Source of the DNA: an uncultured Verrucomicrobia subdivision 3 bacterium
Lineage (GTDB): Bacteria > Verrucomicrobiota > Verrucomicrobiia > Limisphaerales > UBA11358
Direction of reading: 5' to 3'
Assembly (NCBI GenBank): GCA_903872345.1
Contig: CAIQKM010000017.1
Location: 133,385 to 197,384, forward strand
Length of the DNA: 64,000 nucleotides
Made by a program: the position numbers and the translations under genes. Shown in pieces: positions 20,108 to 30,163 of the stretch. The first letter of the stretch is position 1; each line of letters opens with the position of its first letter. The notes beneath the pieces were generated by a model. It ran no database searches and had not been told where the DNA came from. It saw only the letters and a list, made by a program, of their open reading frames with translations.

Positions 20108-22567
20108 TCAAGGCTTCTTAACCGCGGTCGGATCCCACCGCGCGATCGTATCCCGAAGTATTTGTGGCACGAGCGGTTTTTTGACGTAATCGTTCATGCC
20201 GGCGGCCAGGCATTTTTCCTGGTCCCCCTTCAGCGCATGCGCCGTCATGGCGATGACCGGGATGTTGTGGTTGAGCACGGCCGAACCGGGCGAACGGATC
20301 GTTTGCGTGGCTTCGTAGCCGTCCATGATGGGCATCTGGCAATCCATCAGCACGAGGTCGTAGGGCATGTTGGACAGGGCATCCACGCATTCCTTGCCAT
20401 TGGCCACGGCATCCGCGCGATAGCCGAATTTGTTCAGCATCAGCATCACCAGACGCTGGTTGATGCTGTTGTCTTCCACCACCAGGATGCGGCAATTCTG
20501 CGAGGCTTTGAAGTGCTCTTCCGCGCCGGCGGGGGCGCGGGCGGAATAATCGGAGGTCACGGCGGCAGGGCCGGCATTTTCCGCGGCGGTAATGATGGAA
20601 ATCAGACTGTCATGCAGATGTGAACGGCGCACGGGCTTGCTCAGGCAGGCGGAGAAACCCAGCATTTTCAGCCGCGACAACGGCCCCCGCCAGCCCAGCG
20701 AGGTGAGCATGAGCAGCTTGGTCTGCTTGAACATCGCATCACCGCGAATGGTCTTGCCCAGTTGTTCGCCGTCCATTTCCGGCATCTGCATGTCGAGAAT
20801 GGCCACATCAAACGGCCGGCCTTCCGCCACGCCCCGGCGCAAATGTTCCAGGCCGCCGCGCCAGCCATCGGCCTCGGCATGTTCGCAGCGCCACGAGAGG
20901 AGCAAGGTGCGCAACAGCAGACGGCTGGACTCGTTGTCGTCCACCACCAAAATGCGCCGTCCGGCAATGCCCGTCTCTTCCTTTTCAACATCAATCACCG
21001 CCTTGACCGGCTGCCGGTGCAACACGGCGGTGAACCAGAACAGCGTGCCCTTGCCCACCTGGCTTTCCACACCGATCTGGCCGCCCATCAGTTCGACCAG
21101 TTTGCGGGAGATGGCCAGCCCCAGCCCGGTGCCGCCAAATTTGCGCGTGGTGGAGGCGTCCACCTGGGTAAAGGGCTGAAACAATGATCCCAGCCGGTCG
21201 GGCGGAATGCCCATGCCGGTGTCGCGCACTTCAAAACGGACGGTGACGGACTCGGTCGCCGCCGATTCGAGCGTGACGCGCACCATGACTTCGCCGCGTT
21301 CGGTGAACTTGATAGCGTTGCCGGCCAGATTCATGATGATCTGGCGCAGCCGCCCGGGATCGCCCTGCAACAGCACTGGCACCGAAGGTTCGAGCCAGTT
21401 CACGTATTCCAGATTTTTTTCCTGGGCCCGGTACGCCAGCGTTTCCGCCACCTGCTCCAGCGTGGCCCGGAGGTCGAAATCCAGCATTTCCATGTCCAGC
21501 CGGTCGGCCTCGATCTTGGACAGGTCCAGAATGTCATTGAGCAGGCCGAGCAGATGCTCGCCGCTGGTGCGGACGATTTCCGCATACTGCCGCTGCTTGA
21601 GGGAAAGTTCGGTGTCCAGCAACAGGCCGGTCATGCCAATCACGCCATTGAGCGGCGTACGGATTTCGTGGCTCATGTTGGCCAGAAACTGGCTCTTGGC
21701 CACATTCGCGGCCTGGGCGCGGCGGCCGGTTTCCACCAGTTCGGTAACGTCAATGGTATTGAGCAGCACACCGTCGTAATGACCCTGCCGGTAAATCGGC
21801 TGGAGGCGCAGGATGACTTCGCGGGTGGCGAGCTGGCGCTGGATGATGACGGGAGCGGAAGCCGGATTCAGGCGGAACTGTTCAATGGCCTGGTTGACGC
21901 GGTCGGGGATCAGCACCGCGTGCAACGCCGCCAGATTCTCGCCCAGCAAATCCCGCCGGTTAAAACCGGTCAACCGGCAGAACCATTCATTCACCTCGAT
22001 GATGGTGTCGCTGGTATCGGCAAAAACCACACCTTCATCCATGCCGGCGATCATGGAGGACAACTTGGCCGCCTCGCGCGCGCTGTTTTCCTCGGCGCGT
22101 TTGCGCTCGGCATTTTCCTGGAGGAGCAGCTGATGATTGAGTTCTTTTTCCCTCACCAGCTCGCGCTGACCGGCGATCAGGGTGCGCACCGCGTCCAGCA
22201 GGAATGATTCATTGCCCTGATCCTTTTCCGGGGGATGCACCAGCCCGGGCATTTCGGAGGAAAGATCCCGCACCAGCTTGGCCAGCTCATCCAAGGTCTG
22301 CTCCAGCCGCAGGTTGGAACTGCGGAGCGAATCATTCAGCCGGTTGCTCTCCGCCGTGCTGATTTCCAGGGCGCGGTTCAGCCGGTTGTTTTGCTGCTCG
22401 GACTGGTTGTAGCTGACATCAATATCATTCAGGAGCGTGACAAACATCTCCGGCGTGATCTGTTTGGACAGCTCGCGCAACTGGACATCCTGAAGATCAA
22501 GCTGGCGCGCCTGCTCCGGCTTCAACCCCAGCCATTTCCTCAACTGTATGCGGAGGACGTTATGCAT
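20108..22567 (-). CDS. hybrid sensor histidine kinase with PAS domain and two receiver domains
   Basis: H-box [15 protein letters not shown]. ATPase N/G boxes ([30 protein letters not shown]). REC1 [10 protein letters not shown]...[14 protein letters not shown]2 [11 protein letters not shown]...[12 protein letters not shown]-terminal coiled-coil plus PAS-like region. No obvious TM segments. Confidence 0.85.
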   Translation of the reverse strand: MHNVLRIQLRKWLGLKPEQARQLDLQDVQLRELSKQITPEMFVTLLNDIDVSYNQSEQQNNRLNRALEISTAESNRLNDSLRSSNLRLEQTLDELAKLVRDLSSEMPGLVHPPEKDQGNESFLLDAVRTLIAGQRELVREKELNHQLLLQENAERKRAEENSAREAAKLSSMIAGMDEGVVFADTSDTIIEVNEWFCRLTGFNRRDLLGENLAALHAVLIPDRVNQAIEQFRLNPASAPVIIQRQLATREVILRLQPIYRQGHYDGVLLNTIDVTELVETGRRAQAANVAKSQFLANMSHEIRTPLNGVIGMTGLLLDTELSLKQRQYAEIVRTSGEHLLGLLNDILDLSKIEADRLDMEMLDFDLRATLEQVAETLAYRAQEKNLEYVNWLEPSVPVLLQGDPGRLRQIIMNLAGNAIKFTERGEVMVRVTLESAATESVTVRFEVRDTGMGIPPDRLGSLFQPFTQVDASTTRKFGGTGLGLAISRKLVELMGGQIGVESQVGKGTLFWFTAVLHRQPVKAVIDVEKEETGIAGRRILVVDDNESSRLLLRTLLLSWRCEHAEADGWRGGLEHLRRGVAEGRPFDVAILDMQMPEMDGEQLGKTIRGDAMFKQTKLLMLTSLGWRGPLSRLKMLGFSACLSKPVRRSHLHDSLISIITAAENAGPAAVTSDYSARAPAGAEEHFKASQNCRILVVEDNSINQRLVMLMLNKFGYRADAVANGKECVDALSNMPYDLVLMDCQMPIMDGYEATQTIRSPGSAVLNHNIPVIAMTAHALKGDQEKCLAAGMNDYVKKPLVPQILRDTIARWDPTAVKKP

Positions 22568-22585
22568 CCCATCTGAGATTGTGAC

Positions 22586-23728
22586 TCAAACTTCCTCGGA
22601 CAAGGTCGTGACGGTCATCGTCTGATTATGGAGCTCGCAATGGCCGCTGTCCTTATAATAGCCGATTTCGCCGTAGGTATAAAATCCGCTGATAACGGTT
22701 TCCGCCGGCAGGTGGGTGGCGACTTCCTCAATCTCCATGTCGGTATGGCTGCCCATGAGCAGCTTGCGGCCGACGCAGCTGAAGAGCAAGGCAAGCTGGG
22801 CGGGAACGGATCCCGCCGGCAGAACGGCCAGTTCGGCGGCGGTGCCGGCACCGGCGACCAACTGGCGGTTGTTCGCGTGCATCAGGCGCACATTGGAACC
22901 CTGCGGCACGTCACCCGCAAACGTCAGCGAACCCTTTTCACGGTCCACGGCGAGCAACGTGCGGATCAGCCCTTCATCGCCATCGGCGATGCGTACGGCC
23001 AGCGGATAAAGCAGGCCCGTGGCAGGCAGGTTGGCGGCTTCCTCGCCTAGATAGGCGCTGTACACGTCCAGTGCGCGCTGGCCGTCAATTTCATAAACCA
23101 CATTCGCCTCGGAACGGGTCACGCGACGGTCCATGCCGAAAGACACCCAGCCGCTGCCGGACATCACGCGGGCGTTAAATTTCCGGCCGTAAAAGCCGAC
23201 CGCCACCACCTGGCCGGAAAGCAGTTCGCTGCCTTGCACTACATAGGTGCGACCGAAACGCGCGTCGTCCCCGGCCAGCCCGCCGCTGATGACCGTGGTT
23301 TCAGGCAGCGCGCCGCGCAAGCCGCGCACGAGTTCCGCGCCATTCACCTTCAGGCCGTCACTCAAGACGAGTACATAACGGAGATCCGGCTTCAGCAGGG
23401 CCTTGCCCAGGACCGCGCCGGTTTCGGCGGAGGCCGCCATGCTGGGAATCACCGCCCGCTCGATGGCGATATCGGTGCTGGCCATATCCAGCGTCGTCAC
23501 CGTCACCCCGGTGCGGTGTTCCACCACGCCATTGCGGCTGATTTCACCGGCCGTGGAGCAGCCCACAATCGGCACCCCGGGAAAGGCCGCCGCGATCTTC
23601 TGCAATTCCCCCGGCGCTTCCAGTCGTTCGACCGAACCAAAAATAATTACCAGCTGGGTCTTGCCCGTAAATTTCACGGTCCGCATGTGCTCGGTAAATG
23701 TAGAGAGTACCTGTTGTTCGATCTTCAT
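22586..23728 (-). CDS. FIST-domain signal-sensor protein
   Basis: 380-aa soluble ORF with the FIST_N/FIST_C-like layout (LVIIFGS...VPIVGCSTAGEI...; C-terminal FYTYGEIG). 18 nt upstream of and co-oriented with the hybrid kinase. Confidence 0.65.
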   Translation of the reverse strand: MKIEQQVLSTFTEHMRTVKFTGKTQLVIIFGSVERLEAPGELQKIAAAFPGVPIVGCSTAGEISRNGVVEHRTGVTVTTLDMASTDIAIERAVIPSMAASAETGAVLGKALLKPDLRYVLVLSDGLKVNGAELVRGLRGALPETTVISGGLAGDDARFGRTYVVQGSELLSGQVVAVGFYGRKFNARVMSGSGWVSFGMDRRVTRSEANVVYEIDGQRALDVYSAYLGEEAANLPATGLLYPLAVRIADGDEGLIRTLLAVDREKGSLTFAGDVPQGSNVRLMHANNRQLVAGAGTAAELAVLPAGSVPAQLALLFSCVGRKLLMGSHTDMEIEEVATHLPAETVISGFYTYGEIGYYKDSGHCELHNQTMTVTTLSEEV

Positions 23729-23972
23729 AGTGTCTTATGCCGTTATTTGTGGTTTTTATGCTGACAGACAATGATCAACCCGCCATGCCGGGATGGCAAC
23801 CCCGCAAATGCTCCAATCCCATGTTTCTGACGGTAGCTGCTTCTGAATTGTTTTGGCAGCGCTGACTGCTGGTGAAAGTATGTAAATCCCCATCGGGCGC
23901 AAGTTTTTTCGGTTGACCGGATGCGAAATGCACGGGCTTGTCCCCGCGTCCGAATTCGCTACTCTTGGGCGC

Positions 23973-25016
23973 ATGCGCAAATTCATTTCCGCCCTGATCC
24001 TGGGCCTGAGCTGGCCGGTCATCGGCGCCCAGATTGATTTCAATTTGGCCGGCACCCCCGCCGGCCCCCTGCCCCCGGGTTTTCGCCCCGCCTTGGCCGG
24101 CGCCGGCCTGCCCGGCCAGTGGTCGATCCAAACCGATGCGGTCCCCCCCGCCACCGCCGACCCCAAAGTGACGCCCCCGATCCGCCAAGGTGTTCTCGCC
24201 CAGACGGCTGTCGATGCCACCGATGAACATTTCCCGCTCTGTGTTTATGACGGGTACACCTTCCGTGATTTCAAGTTCACCACCCGCTTCAAACTGGTCA
24301 GCGGCTTTATCGAACAGATGGGCGGCATTGTCTTCCGCTACCAGAACCCGACCAACTTTTACGTACTCCGCGTCAGCGCCCTCGGCCATAACATCCGCTT
24401 TTACAAGATGGTCAACGGCACCCGCTCCACCCCGATCGGACCCGCCGTGGAAATCACCACCGGCACCTGGCATACCTTGGCCGTCACCTGCGAAGGCACC
24501 CAGATTATTTGCTGGCTGGACGATAAACCCGCCATGCCACCGCTGAATGACACCACCTTTGCCACCGGCAAGGTGGGCTTCTGGACCAAGTCGGATGCCG
24601 TCACCTATTTCACGGACGCCAGCGTCAATTACGTGCCCCGCGTGCCCGCCGCGCAGGCCCTGGTGGACCGGATCCTCGAAAAACAGCCGCGTATTGTCGG
24701 CCTGCGGATCTACACCCTGAACACGAACAACGCCACGCAAGCCATCGCCAGCAATGTGGCGGATGACGTCGGCCATCCCGGCACGGATGCGGAAAAATCC
24801 GCCATCACCGACGGCAAGGTGTTCTTTGGCCGCGGCACCGATACGGTGGTCGTCACCCTGCCCTTCCGTGACCGCAATGGCGATCCCATGGCCGCAGTGC
24901 GGGTGGAACTGAAGGACTTTTTCGGGGAAACCGAGGACACCGCCACCACCCGCGCCGTCAATATCTTGAAGCTGATGCAGGATCAGATCACTTCCACGGA
25001 AGAGTTGCTGGAGTGA
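23973..25016 (+). CDS. secreted hypothetical protein: jelly-roll (LamG/DUF1080-like) domain plus unknown C-terminal domain
   Basis: Signal peptide MRKFISALILGLSWPVIGAQ from ATG 23973; the track start 23913 adds a non-hydrophobic leader. Lectin-fold-like motifs GGIVFRYQNPTNFYVLR and GKVGFWTKSDAVTYFTD. The C-terminal ~110 aa have no recognisable motif. Confidence 0.5.
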   Translation: MRKFISALILGLSWPVIGAQIDFNLAGTPAGPLPPGFRPALAGAGLPGQWSIQTDAVPPATADPKVTPPIRQGVLAQTAVDATDEHFPLCVYDGYTFRDFKFTTRFKLVSGFIEQMGGIVFRYQNPTNFYVLRVSALGHNIRFYKMVNGTRSTPIGPAVEITTGTWHTLAVTCEGTQIICWLDDKPAMPPLNDTTFATGKVGFWTKSDAVTYFTDASVNYVPRVPAAQALVDRILEKQPRIVGLRIYTLNTNNATQAIASNVADDVGHPGTDAEKSAITDGKVFFGRGTDTVVVTLPFRDRNGDPMAAVRVELKDFFGETEDTATTRAVNILKLMQDQITSTEELLE

Positions 25017-25108
25017 GGGCGGGCTCCTGATAAATTTTGTCCCGTTTTTCATGCAATTGAAACCTTGCATTCATTGCCCGGTTAAGATAGTTTTGTCGTC
25101 CCTTTGGC

Positions 25109-25185
25109 GCACCCATAGCTCAATTGGATAGAGCGGCTGACTACGGATCAGCAGGTTATAGGTTCAACTCCTATTGGGTGCACCA
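25109..25185 (+). tRNA. tRNA-Arg (anticodon ACG), CCA encoded
   Basis: Hand-folded cloverleaf: acceptor GCACCCA/TGGGTGC, D-arm GCTC-AATTGGATA-GAGC, anticodon arm GCTGA-CTACGGA-TCAGC (ACG), variable AGGTT, T-arm ATAGG-TTCAACT-CCTAT, discriminator A, CCA. 77 nt. Confidence 0.95.
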
Positions 25186-25187
25186 CT
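25158..25187. repeat. attL (3' 30 nt of tRNA-Arg region)
   Basis: ATAGGTTCAACTCCTATTGGGTGCACCACT, identical to 32224..32253. Confidence 0.9.
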
Positions 25188-25218
25188 TTTCCTAAGGAAA
25201 ATGAAGCACGCCCGGAAA

Positions 25219-25237
25219 TTTGCACAGAGTTTGCACA
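25219..25237 (+). repeat. TTTGCACA iteron pair (11-bp phasing) beside attL
   Basis: tttgcacagagtttgcaca, flanked by ccgga...tccgg. Same motif and orientation as the six copies at 32008..32094. Confidence 0.8.
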
Positions 25238-25265
25238 AAATCCGGTACGATCCCCGGATAAACGT

Positions 25266-26519
25266 GTGAAATTTCCAGTTACCATCCGCCACCGCAATAG
25301 CACGGCGAAAATCTACCGCCCCGCCGGTTCATTCGCTTACTACCGCGTAGCCTTCACCACGGCAGGCAAACGCAAGATGCAGACGTTTGCCGCCTATTCC
25401 GATGCCAAAGCCGCCGCCGAACGCATTGTGCGGGAAATCGCGCAAGGCTCGCAAGCCGCCAGTTTGTCCGCCAGCCAGTCCCAGGACGCCATTGCCGCGT
25501 TTGAACGCCTTGCCATGCTCTACCAGTCCACCGGGCGCAAGTTCTCCTTGCTAGGGGCGGTTTCCGATTATGCCGACATCATCACCAAACTTGGCAACCG
25601 GCCACCGCATGAAGCCATTGACAGTTATTTGCAAACGGCGGCAGTTGTTAAGCGTATAGACATTGCCGATGCCGTCCGGGATTTTCTGGAAAGCCGTAAG
25701 CACCGGAGCGAAGCCAAAGACGGGAAACGGGCGCAACTGTCCCCGGTCTATGCCAACAATGTCCGCTCATGGTTGAATGATTTTGCCGCCACCTTTCCCG
25801 GTACGGCGGTTTGCGATTTGAGCAAGGAACTTCTGAATACCTTCATTCAAAAACACCGGGCCGTTTCTGCTAAAAGCCGCAATGACCGCCGGGCCACCGT
25901 AAAAATGTTTCTGGCATGGACGGTACGGCAGGACTATCTGCCCGCGAATCATCGCCTCTTTGAAGCGGACGGCATGACGCGGGAAACTGTTGATTTGGCG
26001 GATACTGAATTTTACCGGCCAGACGAATTGCAGAAGTTTCTGGATAACGCCAACCCGGAATTGCGTTCAGCCATCGCCATTGGCGGTCTCGCTGGTTTGC
26101 GCGTCGAAGAAACCATGCGCTTGGACTGGGCAGACGTTTGGCGTGTCGAGGGGCATATCGAAGTCACCGCCATAAAATCCAAAACCCGGCAGCGCCGGTT
26201 GGTTAAAATCTGCCCGGCCCTGTCTGCTTGGCTGAAATCATGTCGCAACAAAACCGGCAAGGTGTATCCCAGTGGCGGGAATTACTTTCAGGAACAATTC
26301 GCCACGTTGCGGGATGATCTGGCAATTTCGATTCGCCGCAATGGACTGCGCCACGCCTTTTGCACCTACCATTTCGCCCTTGAATCCAACGAAAATTTGA
26401 CCGCCGCACTAGCGGGTAATTCCCCCGCTATGATTCACAGCCATTACAAAGGACTGGCCACGAAAGCCGACGCGGAAAAATGGTTCAACGTGCGCCTCAA
26501 GTCGGCCATCGCGGGATAA
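25266..26519 (+). CDS. tyrosine-type site-specific integrase
   Basis: 417-aa ORF (GTG start) next to the tRNA. C-terminal catalytic-domain features: GLRVEE (Arg I), RRNGLRHAF (His/Arg II region), HSHYKG (terminal Tyr region). N-terminal SAM-like/arm-binding-type region. Confidence 0.85.
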   Translation: MKFPVTIRHRNSTAKIYRPAGSFAYYRVAFTTAGKRKMQTFAAYSDAKAAAERIVREIAQGSQAASLSASQSQDAIAAFERLAMLYQSTGRKFSLLGAVSDYADIITKLGNRPPHEAIDSYLQTAAVVKRIDIADAVRDFLESRKHRSEAKDGKRAQLSPVYANNVRSWLNDFAATFPGTAVCDLSKELLNTFIQKHRAVSAKSRNDRRATVKMFLAWTVRQDYLPANHRLFEADGMTRETVDLADTEFYRPDELQKFLDNANPELRSAIAIGGLAGLRVEETMRLDWADVWRVEGHIEVTAIKSKTRQRRLVKICPALSAWLKSCRNKTGKVYPSGGNYFQEQFATLRDDLAISIRRNGLRHAFCTYHFALESNENLTAALAGNSPAMIHSHYKGLATKADAEKWFNVRLKSAIAG

Positions 26520-26534
26520 ATCCCGCCATAAAAA

Positions 26535-27410
26535 ATGAAAAGCAAATCCGGCACCACCAACAGCAAGCACAAATCGGATAAGGAACTGCGCGAAATTGAA
26601 CGGATTGAAAACGAAGCTTGGATACCGTGGCATCCAGACAAAGACCCGGTCTTTAAATTTGCCTTATGTGCGGCGAACCTTTTGAGCAAAAGTCGAGGAC
26701 GTAAATTTTCCGATGTTCCTGATTTTTTTAACAGCAGAGACAAAATAGATTTATATTTTGAAATGTTGTGTCTGTGCGCTGGTGAATATCCTGATGCTGC
26801 CAAACGGCTCCACTTAATCGCTACCGCCGCCGTGACCGCCCTTCATTCTGCTGCCGAAAAAGCACCGGCCAATTTCAGGACAATTGCAAACCTAGAAATC
26901 TGTTTTCCTGGCATCGTCAGTCATCATCCTGATTTTGCCAAAAATCAAAAATTATTGATGGGAAAAATCGGTCTGGGGAAATCATCCGGGTTCAATCTGA
27001 AAGGTAAACCATTTTCTCTTTTTAGCACTGAAACAAGAATCGCATATCAACTGGCTGATTATATAAACAGGATACGAAATGACGATGCCGGGTCAATTTG
27101 GAGTAACGGACTATTTGAGAATAAAATTAAAGGAGAGTTGGTTGCCCTGCCGCCGTTTTCAAGGCAGACCTATAAGCAATGGTGGAAAACTGCCGAAAAA
27201 ATGTTTATTCATCGCATGGGCGAGAACTTTGAGGACAGCGAAGAGTTCAAGAGCTACTGGCGAGGGGATGCCTACAAAGAGCAAAGTCCAAATAATCCGG
27301 GTAAAAAAGTCTTGATGCGAAACCACCGCGCCTTGATTCGCCGGGATATTAAAAAACGCATCCAGCAGGCTTTTCGGAGCATTGCTAAAAAGTCATCCGC
27401 CGTGTCCTAA
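26535..27410 (+). CDS. hypothetical protein (no recognisable domain), island-encoded
   Basis: 291-aa ORF with ATG 16 nt after the integrase stop. Lys/Glu-rich, AT-rich codon usage unlike the host genes. No motif recognised. Confidence 0.5.
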   Translation: MKSKSGTTNSKHKSDKELREIERIENEAWIPWHPDKDPVFKFALCAANLLSKSRGRKFSDVPDFFNSRDKIDLYFEMLCLCAGEYPDAAKRLHLIATAAVTALHSAAEKAPANFRTIANLEICFPGIVSHHPDFAKNQKLLMGKIGLGKSSGFNLKGKPFSLFSTETRIAYQLADYINRIRNDDAGSIWSNGLFENKIKGELVALPPFSRQTYKQWWKTAEKMFIHRMGENFEDSEEFKSYWRGDAYKEQSPNNPGKKVLMRNHRALIRRDIKKRIQQAFRSIAKKSSAVS

Positions 27411-27467
27411 ATTCAGGGTTAATATATGCCATGATGGTTTTGGGGTTGTTTGCCATTGTGTGTATAT

Positions 27468-27683
27468 ATGGTTAACGACCTGAAACAAACAGCAACGGCG
27501 AGCGGGGATTCATTCCTCGACGAAAAACAAATTCTGGCGCGGATTCCAATTTCCCGCAGGACTTTATTCAACTGGCGAGCGGCCGGGAAAATTCCACATG
27601 TCAAAATAGGCCGAAGGAATCTTTTCCATTGGCCGAGTGTTGAATCCGCCCTATTGCGGATACAGCGGGGAGGTGCCGAATGA
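27468..27683 (+). CDS. helix-turn-helix DNA-binding protein (AlpA/excisionase-like)
   Basis: 71 aa from ATG 27468. The motif DEKQILARIPISRRTLFNWRAAGKIPHVKIGRRNLFHWPSVESAL fits the MerR-superfamily excisionase/AlpA HTH pattern. The stop overlaps the next start (ATGA). Confidence 0.7.
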   Translation: MVNDLKQTATASGDSFLDEKQILARIPISRRTLFNWRAAGKIPHVKIGRRNLFHWPSVESALLRIQRGGAE

Positions 27684-28321
27684 AAATAGCCCTTCAATCA
27701 TTATCATTAGCGGAAATCCTGCAACTACATTCGGATATTCAGGATGCCGCCCGTACATCGCTTGCCAAGGCCATCCGTATCGGCGGATTGCTGTCCGAGA
27801 TTAAAGCCGGTTTAAAGCATGGAGAATGGCTACCCTGGCTTGAAGCAAATGCACCTTTTTCCGAACGAACCGCCCGTAACTATATCCAGTGTCATAACGA
27901 ACGTGACCGGCTGAAATCGGCAAGTGTTGCCGATTTGTCCGGGGCATATTTGCTTCTGACGGAACCAAAGAAAGACACGCTAACCCCGGCAGAACAAGCC
28001 AGACGGGCCGAACTTGAAATCAGGATTGAGCATGGCATTTCAATAACTTTGGCCACAATGGCGAAGTTTGTTCAGATAATTGGGCCGGATGACCCGCTGC
28101 ATTGTGAAACTTTACACGAACAAAGTTATTACGCTCAGTTTCCAGAGCGGCGGGCAGACCTTGATGAGGCGGCATCTTTTGCAACTTTTATGAGAGGCGT
28201 AATCGTTGGCGCGAGGTTCAAAGCTGGCGGGGCAATTTCCAGACTGGAGCTAATGTATCTTGACAAGATAACCGAACAAGGCCGGGTGTTTGATACAAAG
28301 ATCGGCGAAGGCCATGATTGA
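27680..28321 (+). CDS. DUF3102-like protein
   Basis: KHGEWLPWLEANAPFSERTARNYIQCHN matches my recollection of the DUF3102 core (GEW..WL....FS.RTA..YM), a family common in plasmid and phage replication modules. 213 aa. Confidence 0.6.
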   Translation: MKIALQSLSLAEILQLHSDIQDAARTSLAKAIRIGGLLSEIKAGLKHGEWLPWLEANAPFSERTARNYIQCHNERDRLKSASVADLSGAYLLLTEPKKDTLTPAEQARRAELEIRIEHGISITLATMAKFVQIIGPDDPLHCETLHEQSYYAQFPERRADLDEAASFATFMRGVIVGARFKAGGAISRLELMYLDKITEQGRVFDTKIGEGHD

Positions 28322-29672
28322 CAACCCGCCAAAACCACGTCCACCGATGGCGCAATCGGCAAAACGTTTGCAAACCCATGCTCTCCGCAAAGACACAGGA
28401 TTGAATGCGTTAGCTGTTATGAGTTGGCAGCCGAAACAAGCTGACACCGTATGGACGCGTAGCGAATTGGCCGCGCTTTACGAGCATCTTCACAACGGAA
28501 ACGACACAACCCATTTCGTTATGGGCTTTAGAGACAAAGACGGTTGCAAAAAATACGTCCGTTCAAAGAAGTTGCCCGTCCATCGGGCAATATCCTGGGC
28601 ATGTTCAAGCATCGCCAGTTTGCCAAAATCGCGGCTGGCATTCGTCCCCTATTCAACCAACGACCGGCAACAATCACGCTGGGGTGGTATGGATTTTGAC
28701 GCGCACCAAGAAGGACAGGCCGACAGGGCGCGGGAATTGGCATTTGCTGCATTTCGTGTATTGTTGAACGTGCCAGACGTGGCCGTGATTCTTGAATCGT
28801 CAGGCAGTGGCGGTTGGCATGTATGGGCGATCTCGCCGGACTTCCACCCCACCGGCGAATGGGTTCGGCTTTTGAAATCCGTTGTGGCCACAATCGGAAC
28901 AGTCATAGTCTCCGGCGTCTGCGAAATCTTCCCGCCGGACAGTTTGACGTCTCGATTCGGCAAAGGGATGCGTGCGCCCGGCTGCTGGAATCCCGGCACG
29001 GATACTTGTTCGCAAATCGTATGGGAAAATTGCCGTACTTCCCTTGAATCCGTCCTATCGGGGAAGTTTAAAACCGCCCCCTTGAATAGCAATGAATTAG
29101 AAACTGACTTCCCCGATACAAAGAAAGAAACTTCTTTCTCTGTCTCTCTCTACCGGGAAGGGGAACTGCTTAACAAGCTGGGTATCTCCGCCACCGGAAC
29201 CCGAAATGGGAAGTTGGCTGACTTGGTTGGGGAAGTTTTTTACCAAGTGGGGCGGAACATGGCACGTCGGCTGGCATCCGCCCAGTTTCAAACCAAGACA
29301 GCGGCAACAAAGGCAACCGAGTCGGAACACTTGGAAAGCTTTGAAAATTTGTGGGCCGGGTTGCATGATAAATGGATGGCGGCACTGTCGGCACCGGAGA
29401 GGGATATTTTCCTGCGGCTGGAAACCGATAATGAGCGGGATGCGTTTCGCATCTTGCGGAGCTACGCTCGGAAAGCGGAGCTAGACGGCGCGGCCGATTT
29501 TCCGATTGTGCGGGACAACTTTGCGGAACGTTTGGGAATCACTGGCAAAGGGGCGGCGTGGATTCGGGACAAGCTTGCCAGGTTGGGGGCAATAGAAAAA
29601 ACAGTCGAATACATTCCAAACAAAAGCTCGGCACGTTTTAAATGGCTTCAGGCTATTTCATTCAATGATTAA
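28314..29672 (+). CDS. archaeo-eukaryotic-primase-type prim-pol replication protein
   Basis: AEP motif I DxD in GGMDFDAH, and motif II sGxGxH in ESSGSGGWHVWA, followed by a helical C-terminal half. ATG 28314 overlaps the upstream stop by 8 nt; the track TTG start is 28290. Confidence 0.65.
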   Translation: MIDNPPKPRPPMAQSAKRLQTHALRKDTGLNALAVMSWQPKQADTVWTRSELAALYEHLHNGNDTTHFVMGFRDKDGCKKYVRSKKLPVHRAISWACSSIASLPKSRLAFVPYSTNDRQQSRWGGMDFDAHQEGQADRARELAFAAFRVLLNVPDVAVILESSGSGGWHVWAISPDFHPTGEWVRLLKSVVATIGTVIVSGVCEIFPPDSLTSRFGKGMRAPGCWNPGTDTCSQIVWENCRTSLESVLSGKFKTAPLNSNELETDFPDTKKETSFSVSLYREGELLNKLGISATGTRNGKLADLVGEVFYQVGRNMARRLASAQFQTKTAATKATESEHLESFENLWAGLHDKWMAALSAPERDIFLRLETDNERDAFRILRSYARKAELDGAADFPIVRDNFAERLGITGKGAAWIRDKLARLGAIEKTVEYIPNKSSARFKWLQAISFND

Positions 29673-29985
29673 AATACCGACCCGACCCCGGCCGGGTGTC
29701 ATTCGGCCTGGCCAGCGGAAACCATACCGCAAGGGGACGCACGCCCAAATTGACCAGCGACGCGGCCATGTCGCCCGAATGCTGGCAAATGGTGCGACCA
29801 AGACGGCAATTCACCGCGCCATCCGCAAAAAGTTCAATCGGGAATGGCGAACCTCAGATCGGGATATAGCTTTCATAATCGGCACGAATACACGACTCGG
29901 GCGCGCAGGCGCGAAAAGTGAGCAAAAAGGGTATTCGGCCCTACTGGCCGGAATGGCCAAAGCTTACGATTCCAGCGGGAAATGA
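29665..29985 (+). CDS. small basic hypothetical protein, possible HTH DNA-binding
   Basis: 106 aa, Arg/Lys-rich. RRGHVARMLANGATKTAIHRAIRKKF looks like a short HTH. The start overlaps the prim-pol stop, suggesting translational coupling. Confidence 0.45.
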   Translation: MIKIPTRPRPGVIRPGQRKPYRKGTHAQIDQRRGHVARMLANGATKTAIHRAIRKKFNREWRTSDRDIAFIIGTNTRLGRAGAKSEQKGYSALLAGMAKAYDSSGK

Positions 29986-30163
29986 GATTTTCCCCGTTTT
30001 CCGACACCCCCGCTTTATGCGGCCACGGCCATGGTGGCAAATGACTACCGTCCGCCCGCGCATGGAGTGGTTGCAAAATGGGGTATTGTCTCCCCCTGCC
30101 ATTCGTGTTTAAATCAAAGCGTCAGTCAAAACACGATCAGAAAAAACACATAACAAACATTTT

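Noticed and set aside
25017-25108. Hairpin atgcaa-ttgaaacc-ttgcat and a TTGCCC...TAAGAT pair upstream of the tRNA, considered as terminator and promoter
   Set aside because: The hairpin has only a 6-bp stem with no T-tract. The hexamer spacing is far from 17 bp. Not enough support to annotate either.
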